Notes under the pieces: generated by a model | Told to the model about the DNA's origin: nothing | The model's input: only the letters and a program-made list of their open reading frames with translations | Database searches by the model: none | Translations under genes and position numbers: made by a program | Shown: piece by piece, positions 1 to 10,924 of the stretch | How the letters are laid out: each line of letters starts with the position of its first letter | Position numbering within the stretch: the first letter of the stretch is position 1 | Source of the DNA: Thecamonas trahens ATCC 50062 | Taxonomy: Eukaryota > Protista > Apusomonadida | DNA: 64,000 nucleotides | NCBI RefSeq assembly: GCF_000142905.1 | Contig: NW_013657661.1 | Span: 62,001-126,000, forward strand | Reading direction: 5' to 3'

Positions 1-322
1 CCCGCGAGCTCTGCAGCCGAGCCGTCGGTTCCAGAGCAGCCGAAGGGACCGTAGTATCCAGCACAAACAGCGCACCACCACTGTGTGACAGAACAAGAGG
101 AGGAGGAGGAGGAGCATGGGAGGTAGGCGACTGGGGCGGTGATCGAGGCCATGGACGACGTCTTGATAACGATGACGATGGTGACGGTGATGATGGCGGT
201 GATGGGGACAAAGGTGCTGCTGGCGACGAAGAAGACGAAGCCGGCGCCGCCGCTCTTCGTCTGCTCTCACCGGCTTCCACCCGCAAAGTCAGTCTCCGAA
301 GGGTGGCTTTGAACTGCTTCAT
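1..322 (-). CDS. Hypothetical Ser/Pro-rich protein, 5' part; runs off the window edge
   Basis: Read by hand: open frame from ATG at 322 (MKQFKATLRRLTLRVEAGESRR...HSGGALFVLDTTVPSAALEP) to position 1 with no stop; no recognisable domain. Confidence 0.35.
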   Translation of the reverse strand, partial: MKQFKATLRRLTLRVEAGESRRRAAAPASSSSSPAAPLSPSPPSSPSPSSSLSRRRPWPRSPPQSPTSHAPPPPPLVLSHSGGALFVLDTTVPSAALEPTARLQSSR

Positions 323-939
323 AAATGGTGTGTACCCGTAGGTGTATGTGGTGGGTGGGGGTGAAGGGGGGGGGAGTGGGGGTGGTGGTGGTGGTGGTGG
401 TGGGTGAGGTGGTGGTGGGCGGCGGGGAGCGTGATCGGGGCGCAAGGGGGAAGGACGGGGGGGGGGGGGAGAGGGTGGGAGGGGGGGGAACAGANNNNNN
501 NNNNNNNNNNNNNNNNNNNNNNNNNNNNNNNNNNNNNNNNNNNNNNNNNNNNNNNNNNNNNNNNNNNNNNNNNNNNNNNNNNNNNNNNNNNNNNNNNNNN
601 NNNNNNNNNNNNNNNNNNNNNNNNNNNNNNNNNNNNNNNNNNNNNNNNNNNNNNNNNNNNNNNNNNNNNNNNNNNNNNNNNNNNNNNNNNNNNNNNNNNN
701 NNNNNNNNNNNNNNNNNNNNNNNNNNNNNNNNNNNNNNNNNNNNNATGGCACTCGTACTGAGCGGGAATGGGAGGTATTCACCCTTACCAGTCATTCGGA
801 TCCAGGTGCGGGCGGGGGCCATTTCGGTCGGTCGTCCTACGGCGGGCGGGCGGGCGGGCGGGCGGGGGGGGGGATACGAGTTGTTGGGTGCGCAGAGTGA
901 TCTGGAGTGTGCTCTACGGTGAGCTGCATATCCTGGTCG

Positions 940-990
940 ACGACATCTCGATCGGCGACATCTGGATCGGCGACATCCGGATCGGCGGCA
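940..990. repeat. 15-bp tandem repeat, about 3 copies (GACATCYSGATCGGC)
   Basis: gacatctcgatcggc gacatctggatcggc gacatccggatcggc read directly. Confidence 0.7.
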
Positions 991-1107
991 GCTTGAGCTG
1001 CAGCAAAGTGATCTGCCTGCAGCCTAATCGATGGCTTCCAACACTATTTTGCACTCAAGGTGACAGTCAGCTACGTGTCTTTGCGCGTCAGCGCATGTGT
1101 GGTGCTC

Positions 1108-1938
1108 TCAGTAGTACGACCGCGGCTTGTACGAGCGAGCAGTGACCGGCGGGAGGATAGTGGCGAGGTACGGGTCAGAGTAGCCATTGATGGGCAAGGT
1201 TCCCAGGACATGCGTTGGCATGTTATCGAAGAACTTGTGTGGCCGCTTCCGCCGCGCGTGTGCTTGTGCTAGAGTGCGGGCCTCGGCACGGCTCCGCGCC
1301 CCGGCCGCCACCTGTGTCTGCGGCCGGAGCTGCGATCTCGGCTGTGGCTCCACAATGACCGCAGTCGGCTGGACACCATGCTTGCCAGCGGCGGACGATG
1401 CCGGGCGAGGAGGAGTCTTTTGCAGGCACTGATGCGGCGGCGGAGCAGGCGCGGCCAGCGAGGCAGCGGCAGCAGCCGATGGAGGCGGCGGGATCCGGCG
1501 CGCTGGGCTTCCTGCCGGACGGACATGGAGCTCTGGCCGGCGTAGCAGCATTTTCTCTCGCCGCAGACCAACAAGCGACGTAGGCTTGACCGGATCCGGA
1601 AGTTTGAGCGGAGCCGGAGTCCGCGGCAGGCCGCGACTCTCGGCATCTTCTGATCTTGGAGTCCCCGGCTTGGGCAAAGGTGGGCGCTTGCGGAGCCTCA
1701 GCGCCATGCTCGGAGGCGCAGCATGTGGAAAACCAAGAGAATGTGCCGGACGTACGCTCTGTCTCGCCATCGGAAGTCGCGAAGCCCGCAGATCGCCTGC
1801 AGGCAGCGGCACAGGCGTGCTGGAAGTCAACCGGCCAGGCAGCGGAGGGAAGCCCCGCGGGGGTGGCTGTCTTGTCCGCGAGTATGTCCGCCCTGCCGGA
1901 GCAGGCGTAGCATACATGCTCACAATACTGTCGTCCAT
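1108..1938 (-). CDS. Hypothetical Pro/Arg-rich, probably disordered protein
   Basis: ORF 1108..2031; first plausible ATG at MDDSIVSMY; no known domain. Confidence 0.5.
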   Translation of the reverse strand: MDDSIVSMYATPAPAGRTYSRTRQPPPRGFPPLPGRLTSSTPVPLPAGDLRASRLPMARQSVRPAHSLGFPHAAPPSMALRLRKRPPLPKPGTPRSEDAESRGLPRTPAPLKLPDPVKPTSLVGLRREKMLLRRPELHVRPAGSPARRIPPPPSAAAAASLAAPAPPPHQCLQKTPPRPASSAAGKHGVQPTAVIVEPQPRSQLRPQTQVAAGARSRAEARTLAQAHARRKRPHKFFDNMPTHVLGTLPINGYSDPYLATILPPVTARSYKPRSYY

Positions 1939-2178
1939 GAACCCTCCCCAACCCGCAGTCTCTCTGCTAGCAGTGCGGTGTGTCCAAGCCGGTGCTGTAC
2001 GCTGTCTGACTGGCTGCTCGCCTGTCGCCAACGACTACCCACACCAACACGCACCCGCCCTCCCCGCCCCCGATCAAGCATCGGAGCACATCTTACTTAA
2101 TTATTGACTAAACTTAGGTTCTCTGGCTGGCCAGCATTGTATCGTTGTCATGGCCATCATGGTGCGCTGTTATGGCGA

Positions 2179-4330
2179 TCAGTCGAGCCGCATCCCGTCC
2201 ATGGCCCACACCCGGACCCGCGACGCAAGCCACAAACCCACCACCAGACACTCGCAAACCATGGCAACAGAGCTGAGCCAAGCCCATGCCCGGGCCTCGC
2301 GGGTCGGATCCATTCGCACCAGCCCGACAACCTTGCCGTCATCAAAACACATCACCCCAGTCTGCAGCGTCTTTCCGCCGATCCGGCCGACCACCCTGTC
2401 GCTATCGAGCACAAGGCGCGGGAGCCATGCGGGGTCGGTGCCAACCGGTGGGGCGGCGACGGCAGTGGTGGCGTTGATGGCGGGGTCTCGTCCGCTGCCG
2501 CGTGCGGGATGCGCTTGTTGACGCCGGTGGCCAAGAGGTCGCGGACGAGGCCGAGAAAGTCACTCTCGGCCACAATCAGGTCTTGCTGTATCCAAAAACC
2601 GAAGAACTCGCCCTGGTTGCGCCCATCAAACGTCTTGGTGTCATATTCTGCCTTGGTGGCCTCGTCAACGTGCGGCGCGAGAAAGTGCCAGTGCAGATGC
2701 GAGGTCTTGCGGTCCGGGTGGACCCACTCGGAGAGCGACGACTGCGACTGGGCAAAGAAGCTGCCAAAGTACCGATCGCCCGTGGGCAGACCATGCGGCC
2801 AGATCTGGACAGCCGCAGCTTCGGTAGCAAGAAACTGAGCGTTCACCAGGCCCGAACCGTGGATGGCAACCAGCGCGGTGATGCTCCGCATCTCTGAAAT
2901 CTGCTCGTACAGCGTCATGTCCTCTAGCCGCAGCAGTGCGACCTCGACTCCGAGCTGGTTCCGAGCCGCCAGCGCAAGCTCGCGGTCGTTGAGGAGGAAC
3001 CGCTTGTTGGTGCGCGTGATAATCCCCAGGCGCGCGCGCTCCGGTTCAACTTTGGACGTCGGCAGCCCGAGCCGCGCAAAGATGTGATCGCGCATCGTGT
3101 CCGCCCCCCGCCGCCACCTTGCACAGTGGGCACGCTCTCAGTGAAGCATGTACCGTCGGCCTCGGCCCAAATCTTGCGGTAGCAATTGTTGGAGAGGAGC
3201 GTCAGCGTGTCGAGAAAGGCGCAATGTGTTTGCGCATCGCCGCCGGTCACGAGCGCCACAAACTCGCCCGACGTCACGCCCTTGCTCACTACGCGTTGAT
3301 AGTACGGCGCGTAGAGCTCGGCCCACCAATGGTAGTACATCGCCCGCTGAGCCGCGTTGGCAATCGAGACCGTAATGACCGGCTCATACACTTGGACCTT
3401 GCACTCGGCGGTTGCATTGCCGACAGCGGCGAGCTTGTTGCCACGGACGATGCTCCACGCTGTGTGGCCAGCCACCCAGGCCGGTGCCGGCTTGACCTCC
3501 AGCACCTCGCCGTCAGGGCAAAGAGGTCCGGGCGCTGCACGGGTGAGGCACACGCTGCTCGACAAGCACCATCCACACCACGAGTTGGCGAGACAGCCCT
3601 CGCGATCGTGCATGAGGCACGGGTCCGAGCTCAGCTCGCACATCAGATACGGCTCCAGCGGACCGTGGTCGGTCCCATCCGGCACACGGATCTGTGGCGG
3701 AAGGCCGGTCGGTGCCATCAGCATCGCGCTCAACCGCTTTTCGGCGTCCACCAGCCGCGTATAGTCATACTCGGGCTCAGCGGACGGCGCGATCTGCGGC
3801 ACCATATCGTGCCAGTCGACCTTGCCGGCGCGGAACGCTCTTACCGCCGCCGGCTCATCGCCGATCGACCGCGAGCCGCGTGCATGAAAGCGCAATCGCT
3901 GCCCTGTAGCCTTATCGCCCGCCTTTGCATCCCCTCTGTCCTCGTGCAGTCTCGCTGCCGCCGCAGGCTCCAGCAGCTGCTCCAGCGCCTCGGCCGATGC
4001 CCGCAGCGCATCGGCGACTTGCTTCATCTTGTCCTCTACCGGCTCATCATCCTCCGGCGCGAGCACCGAGTTGAGGACATGCGATCGGATCGCATGCCCC
4101 GCCCGCGACAGTACAGCCGCTGCCGCCCGCCCGGCCTCCATCGCCACCGACGACGCTGCCATCGTCTTGCACGGGCTGGCCCCGAGCTCAACCTTGACCG
4201 CCGGCGGCGGGAGGCTCGGCAGCGGGTAGAAGGCCCGCGGAACGGCACTCAGCAGCAAACAGACTGCAAACACTAACATGATGATGGACAACCCGTCTTG
4301 TCCACCAGCCATGACTCCCACACGCCACCG
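2179..4330 (-). CDS. Glycosyltransferase family 61 (DUF563; EOGT/POMGNT2-like) with N-terminal membrane anchor and PSI-like Cys domain; two single-base frame breaks (~3104-3109, ~2487)
   Basis: GT61 motifs RLGIITRTNKRFLLN, EDMTLYEQI, VAIHGSGLVNAQFL in ORF 2352..3095; YYHWW, a hydrophobic anchor and CLANSWCGWC in ORF 2924..4321. Branch ACTCAC (4348-4353) and acceptor TAG (4331-4333) imply an upstream exon. Confidence 0.75.
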
Positions 4331-4392
4331 CTACGCGTAGCAGTCAAGTGAGTCTCGTTCCAACTCGGCCCAGCCCAGCCCCTGCCGTGGCT

Positions 4393-4566
4393 ACCATTAA
4401 TCTCTCAACAAACAATGGTCAACCATTAATCTCCCAACAAACAATGGTCAACCATGAATCTCTCAACAAACAATGGTCAACCATTAATCTCCCAACAAAC
4501 AATGGTCAACCATTAATCTCTCAACAAACAATGGTCAACCATCACCGTCCCAACAAACAATGGTTA
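4393..4566. repeat. AT-rich 29-bp minisatellite, 6 copies (ACCATTAATCTCYCAACAAACAATGGTCA)
   Basis: Units start at 4393, 4422, 4451, 4480, 4509, 4538; last unit degenerate; no spacers. Confidence 0.95.
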
Positions 4567-4975
4567 CCACCATGACGCCAACGGCGCCACACCCCACCCT
4601 ACCTCCACCTCACCCCCCCACCCCCCACCCCCACCCCACCCACCTCCCCCCCCCCCCCCAGCCCTANNNNNNNNNNNNNNNNNNNNNNNNNNNNNNNNNN
4701 NNNNNNNNNNNNNNNNNNNNNNNNNNNNNNNNNNNNNNNNNNNNNNNNNNNNNNNNNNNNNNNNNNCCGGACCGCCACCACCCCACCCTACCCTCCCACC
4801 CTCCCACCCCCCCACCCCCCCACCCCCACCCCCACCCCACCTCCCCCCCCCCCCCCCCCACCCCCCCCCCCACCCCCCCCACCCGCCCCCATGTCCACCC
4901 CCTCAGCATCCCACCTCAACAGGTCCACCCTCATCCCGCTCCCTCCTCCCCCTCCACGGACTACACCGCCCACAG

Positions 4976-7854
4976 ACTCATGGCATGGCCGCCGCAAGAC
5001 AGACCTCGCGCCCTCGTCCGTCTCCTCGCTCTTCCATGCATACGCTGACGAGTTTCGCGCCCGGAGGGCAAGGACGGCAGAGCTGGTCGACGCAAATGCA
5101 TCTGCTGATTCAGATGGCCTGCACGCTGACCATGCCGGCCAAGGTCAGCCAGGAGACGCCCGTAACGACTCGTCCATCCCGGACGTGAGGGAGCTCTGGC
5201 TCCACGCCCAGGAGCTCAAGGCTGCTCGTGAGGCTGCCGATGAGAAGACCCAGCTCGCTCTGGTGGCTCGCGATCAATACAAGACAAAGGCGCTGGCGCT
5301 GGCCAAGCAGAACAAGGCGTACAAGGCCGCCCTGACAAAGGCGCGGGCCGAGCTCGCTGCCCGCGGCCCGCAGGCCGAGGCCTCGACCCAGGCGGCCGCT
5401 CGCGCTGCAGAGTCAGAGGCCGCCCGCGCTGACGAGCACGTTGGTGCGCTGCAAGTCCACATTAAGGCCATCAAGCGCCAGCTCGGCGCCAAGCTCAAGG
5501 ACGCGCTCGAGGCCAACGCCGCTCTTCAGGACGAGCTGGCAACCTCGCGCGTCGACGTCTCTGAGGCTCGCGCCCACGTCTCTGAGCTCGAGACCAAGCT
5601 CGAAGTTGTTGTCGAGCGCCATGCCCGCGACCGCGAGCTGCTCAACGAGGCCAAGGCTGTCGACATTGAGGCCGGCGAGAACGCCACCCTCGCAGCCGAA
5701 GCCTCGCTCTCGGCAGTCACCACCCGCCTCAAGGAGTACATCGAGTGGGAGGAGAGCCAGAACTTTGGTCCGGGCGTCGACGCCCTACTTGCGCCCGATG
5801 CCGCCCCTCCCTCGCCGCGCTCCATCGACGCCGCCTACTCGCAGCTCAAGGACGCCTACGTCCGCCTCCAGTACCGCGCCGAGCTCCTCACCGACGAGAA
5901 CGACAAGATGTCTCACCTCGTCGAGCAGCTTCGTGGCTCCAATCTTGTTCTCTACACCCACGCCAAGATTCACGCCGCGAGCGCATCTTCTGCTGCCGGC
6001 AACGACGCTATGGACGGCTCGTCCGGGAACAACCCACTCGCCGGCTCGCCCGCCGACCACCTCGAGTGCCAGGCCACCATCCGCAGCCTCAAGCAACAGC
6101 TCTACGAGCTCGGCGTAGAGGTTGCAGGCATGGACAACGAGGAGAGCGTCGTTCAGCCAGTTGCCGAGGTCGCAGACCTCGAGCGCCGTGCAGAGCACTG
6201 GGAGACCGAAGCCCGCCTCGCCCGCACCCGCATCAACGAGCTGGAGTCTCAGCTCGCGGCTGCCAACGACGCCCGCGCCGCGGAGGCTGCTGCTCGTGCA
6301 GACTCACTCCTGGCCTCCGACGCCAGCCTCATCGAGCTCCAGGGCCAGCTCATGTACCTGCAAGAGCTCGAGGCTTCCCTCCACCAGCCGCGCTGGGACG
6401 CGCTCCTCGCCCTCCCCTCGTCGGTTCTTGATCTAGCCATCGCAGACTTCCACACCTCGGGCCGCGAAGCCGAGTCGCTCGCTCTCCTCGAGTTCAAGCA
6501 CGCCCACGAAGCCCGCGGCAAGCGCATCGAGCTCCTCGAGGCGCAGGCCGACCAGCTCCGAAACCTTGCCGCCGTCTCGGCCCAGCTGTCGGGCGAGTCT
6601 GCGGCCGGTCGCTCGCCGGCCTCGACGACGCCCCCGCCGAGACCTGACGCCGCGCAAGACGTTGCTCACAAGCTCTTTGCCGAACAGGCATCTGAGCGCG
6701 AGGCCCGCAAGACTGCGCTCCTCCGGTCACAACTCGCCAAGCAGACGGCCATCATCGCAGCCCTCGACGATGCCTACCGAAAGACCCGCGAGATTGCTGC
6801 CACCGAGGCTGGCCTTCCGCTCCCATCGATGCCGATCGTCGAGGCCGAACGCGATGCGCGCAAGGTCATTGCCAAACTCGAGGCAGAGCTTCGTAGCCTC
6901 CGCAACGAGCTTGCCGAGGCCGAGGATAGCGTCCGCGACCACGAAGAGGCCCACGCCCACCTTGTGCGCGAGCTCATCTGGCTCCGCACTCGGACCGCCG
7001 ACAGCCTCGCCCTCTACGACGATGGGATCCAGGAGCGCGAGGACGCATTGGTCGCCAAACTCGCCCGCGCCTCGAACAAGGTCACCGATGCCGACACCAC
7101 TGGTGACAATGCTTCTCTCGCCACAGCCCTCGCCAAGGCGTACAAGCGCGCCGACCAGCTCGCCGCCGTCCGGCTTGACCGCATCCATATGCTACGCGCC
7201 AAGTTGGACGGCTGTGTGTGCGGCAAGCCCGGCGAGTCCGGTACCGAAGCTGCTCCTGTTGACTCTCACCCTGCCGGCGACGAGCTCGACTCGCAAACTG
7301 GCGCCGAGCCCCGCCGCGGCATCACCTACGACACATCGCTCGCCACCAAGTCACGCGCAAACCGTTCCATCGCCTGGGGAGACGACGACAACGCCGAAGA
7401 GGTCGCGGCTGTCGACAGCCTCTTTGCTCCGTACAAGCCTATCGGCCCCGCCGCTGCCCGCCACGGCGGCCGCCGGCGCAAGCTCAAGGACGCCTTCAAG
7501 CAACCATCGCCGCTGCGCCTGCTTATTCTCCCGTTCCTCGCCCATGCTATGCCCTCGCTTGCGCTTGGCCTCGACCCGGACGAGACCGAGCTGCAAGACG
7601 TTGCGTCGGGCGTGGCCTCGGACGAGCCGGTCGACCTCCCGCCACTCGGCTTCTTTTCGTTCTCCGGCGACGCCCAGTCTGGTCGCAACCCGGACGATAT
7701 CAAGGCCACCGACTGGCGCTCTGCCGCGCGCAAGCTTCGCCACGAGCGCGAGCTCGCCGCCGCAGGCGTCGGTGGCCCGCCGACGTCGTCTGACGCTGCT
7801 GCTGGCGATGCCGCAAGCTCCTCGGCCGCCCCGCAAGACACTGTGTGGCTGTGA
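4976..7854 (+). CDS. Long coiled-coil protein; 5' exon(s) probably in or before the N gap
   Basis: 987-aa ORF rich in E/A/L/K/R heptads with strong GC3 bias; C-rich intron-like sequence ending CACAG at 4975. Confidence 0.8.
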
Positions 7855-7885
7855 TCGACTCCTTGTTTACGGGTTAAAAAACAGA

Positions 7886-10584
7886 CTACACCGCGTTGTC
7901 GTCGCCCGAGGCAGAGCGGGAACCAGCAGCATCGTCGACGCTGTCGGGAGCTCCCTCCTCAGAGACTGCCGACCCGGACGAGCGGTCCGATGCGACAAAC
8001 TCGGCGTCGTTGTTGATGTTGATGACTTCGCCACCACCCATCCGCGAGACCGGCGCCATCATGCCGCCGATAATGTTCGACTCCTCATTGGCGCACGGCA
8101 GCTTGGCGCACGGCGCCGTCGGGTCTGGCAGCGACGACTCGGGGTGAGCCGAGACGTACATCTTGAGCGCGACGACGCCAAGGCAGCCGACCATGGCGAT
8201 GACGACAATGATAACAAAGACGGTTGTGAACGACGAGGTCGACGAGTGCTTGCTCCCGGCAGTGTACGGCGAGCTTGACGAAGAGCCGCCCGACGAGCCG
8301 GCAAAATCCGAAGCGCACCCGCCGTACTCCTCGTTGGCCCGAACCATGAGCTCGAGAATGCCCGAGGCTGAGACACCGACGAGCGTTGCAACCGGGCGGT
8401 CAGCCGTCGCGTCGCAGTGGACGTGGACAACGGCGCCGCTAGCCGAGGTCACCGCGCCGCTTGCCGGCTCCGGTGCCGAGTACACCACCGTGTAGCCAGA
8501 GTCGTCGGCGTGGGTGAGGAAGGTCGTCGAGTCGATTGTGCCAAGGACTTCGACCTGTGGTGTCGACGGGTTCGACGCGCTCGTGTACGAGTGGCAGAAC
8601 GTTGGCTGCCCGTCACCGAACCGCTGGGCACCAGGGCATGCCAGACTGTCGCAGAACGAGAACGTATACTCGTGGTCCACACCGTCGAACGTGACGTCGA
8701 CCGTGATGGCCGAGTCCTTGTCCATGTTGTGGAAGTTGTACGCCTTGCCAACAGTGTTGGAAAAGAGCACCCGCTGTGCGCACGTCGTCGCCACCCGCGG
8801 ACGGTCCGCGATGGGGCACGCCTTGGCCGACGTCACCTTGATGACCGTCACGCACGGCGCGTAGCTCTCCGACACAAACTCGACCACTGTCGAGTGAGCA
8901 TTCGGGTCGCACACGCCGTGAATGATTGTCCGCCGCCCGCGCTCCATGGCCGGCACGTTGCGCTCTTCATCCGACTCGCACGGGTCACCACCAATGTACT
9001 CGAGCGTAAAGCCCGAGAGGTCCGGCTTGGCCGCAGCACCGTACGACATGTCCATCCGACCAGAGATGATGCCGTGGACCTCACCCGTCGCCGCCTGCCA
9101 CATCACGCACGATGAGGCCCTCGACTCGGGCACCAGCGACGACTCGACCTTGTAGCACTTGTCATCGCCGCAGTCCTGGTACGAGCACTGTGCAGCGCCG
9201 CAGAGGTTGAACCGGTACTGCCGCTCCATCGAAAATCGCGTGTCGGTCACCACGTACGGCTGCTCGACCTCGGCGCGAAGCGGGACCAGGTCGTAGTGGT
9301 GGCCCTTGCCGGTCGAGATGATTTCGGGGCAGCTGTCGTACATCGGCACCGCGCCGCTCCCACCGTCGACAGGCAGCGGGCACGCCAGGTGCGAGTAGAC
9401 GAGAAACTCAAACTTGCACGCGCTGCTCTGGTCGCCAAACACCACCCGCGGCGGGTCCACGTCGCGCATCAGCGAGTCGCACACCGCATACACCTCCAGC
9501 TGGCTCTTGGTTCCCGGGTTGCCCGCGTCGCACGCCTCGCCACCAGTGTACGTGAGCTTGAACCCGTCCATCACGTCGACCGTCTCGCCGGCCACCATCG
9601 TCGAGGCGACAGGGTACGGCTCAACTGCCACAGTCTCGAGCGCACCGAGCGCAAACATTGGGCCGTTACCTGGGTGTGCGCATCCGGCAGGCGCCGCCAG
9701 CCCAGACTCGGGACACGAGACAGTCCCGCACATGTTGATCTCAAAGTCGAAATGGACGCCGAGAATGTCGGTTTGGACCGTGAGCGGCGACGCCAGGCTC
9801 TGCTCCAGCTCCCACACCGGGTAGTAAAAGTCGTCGGCTGCGCCCGGTGCACCCGAGGTGACCACCAGCGGCGAGTCGCTGTGGCACGGCTGCGGCGTCG
9901 TCGGCTCGCCCACCGCAATCGGACACGGGCCCTCGGCAGCAAACAGATTAAAGTCGTACTCACAGTATCCGGTCTCGCCAATGAACTCAAGCCGCGGCGT
10001 GGTGTCACCCGGCGAGCAAATGGCAAAGATACGCATGGAGCGGAGAATGGCGTTGCCAGCCGCGTCCTCGCTGCTGCACGGCGTTCCGTCTGAAAACGAG
10101 ACGGTAAAGCCGGTCCCCTGATCCGGAACGACAGTGGACCAGGTGATGGTGTCCACATCGCCCAGGCCGCGGTAGTGGGTTCTGCTGTCGGTATAGTTCT
10201 GGCAGCCTGAAAAGTGCGAGCCCTTGTCTCCGCACTCGACAGACTCGCAGAGATTGACCCTAAAGTCGTACACGTCGGGATCGTCGAACACGCCGATGAG
10301 AGTGTACGGCTCGTTTCCGGGCGCCTCGAGCTTGCTCACAGGAAAGTAAGCACTTCCATCCGGATAGTACAAGTTCTTGACACACACATGGACGCCGTCA
10401 TCATTCGCCATGTTAAGCTCATTCTGCTCGCTCGTCTGCCTTCCCCCGCAGCCTGCAACTCGTCCTTGCCCACCAGAACACCGCCGTCTCCTTCAAACTC
10501 TCCCTCGTAGGTAGTAGCAGAGGCCACCGCCACCAGACACACTCCGGCCATGAGCCACACGACTGCAGTCGTAGTCCACACCAT
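7886..10584 (-). CDS. Mannose-6-phosphate receptor-like type I membrane protein with four MRH domains; one frame break (~10440) separates the signal peptide
   Basis: Four repeats of YDL/YPV...F-x-NLC...LG...F-x-L-x-Y-x-GG-x-x-C...C...ACP; TM VFVIIVVIAMVGCLGVVAL; signal MVWTTTAVVWLMAGVCLVAVASA in the adjacent frame. Confidence 0.8.
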
Positions 10585-10924
10585 TCTGTTGCAAAGAAGG
10601 ATGTGCTTCTTTGTCAATGAGGAGTTGGGTATGTCACTTTCTCCTCCCCACTGCCCTCACGCCTTGGCCGTCACCAAGTGCCGAGCCGGCCTGGTCTCGA
10701 GTCGGGGGGAAGGGGGGAAGGTGGCTGTCTCTGCTCAGACTTGTTTTTGCAATGATTGGAATCGTCATGGCCACGTGAATGTTTTTTGTTTATTTTCGGC
10801 GGAATTCAACGGACCGCAACTCCCGCACATCCTGCGCACGGCCACAGCACCCACAGCCACACACGCCACACCTACCAAGCAGGGAGGATGTGTATTGCTC
10901 TCGCCAAGCTTGTCTGGCGTGGTG

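Noticed and set aside
267-922. ORFs spanning N gaps (also near 4667-4766, 46769-46997, 51368-51683)
   Set aside because: Artefacts of translating Ns and the flanking G/C homopolymer tracts
4393-4566. 29-bp palindromic repeats as a CRISPR array
   Set aside because: Units are contiguous with no unique spacers, no cas genes are present, and the context is eukaryotic
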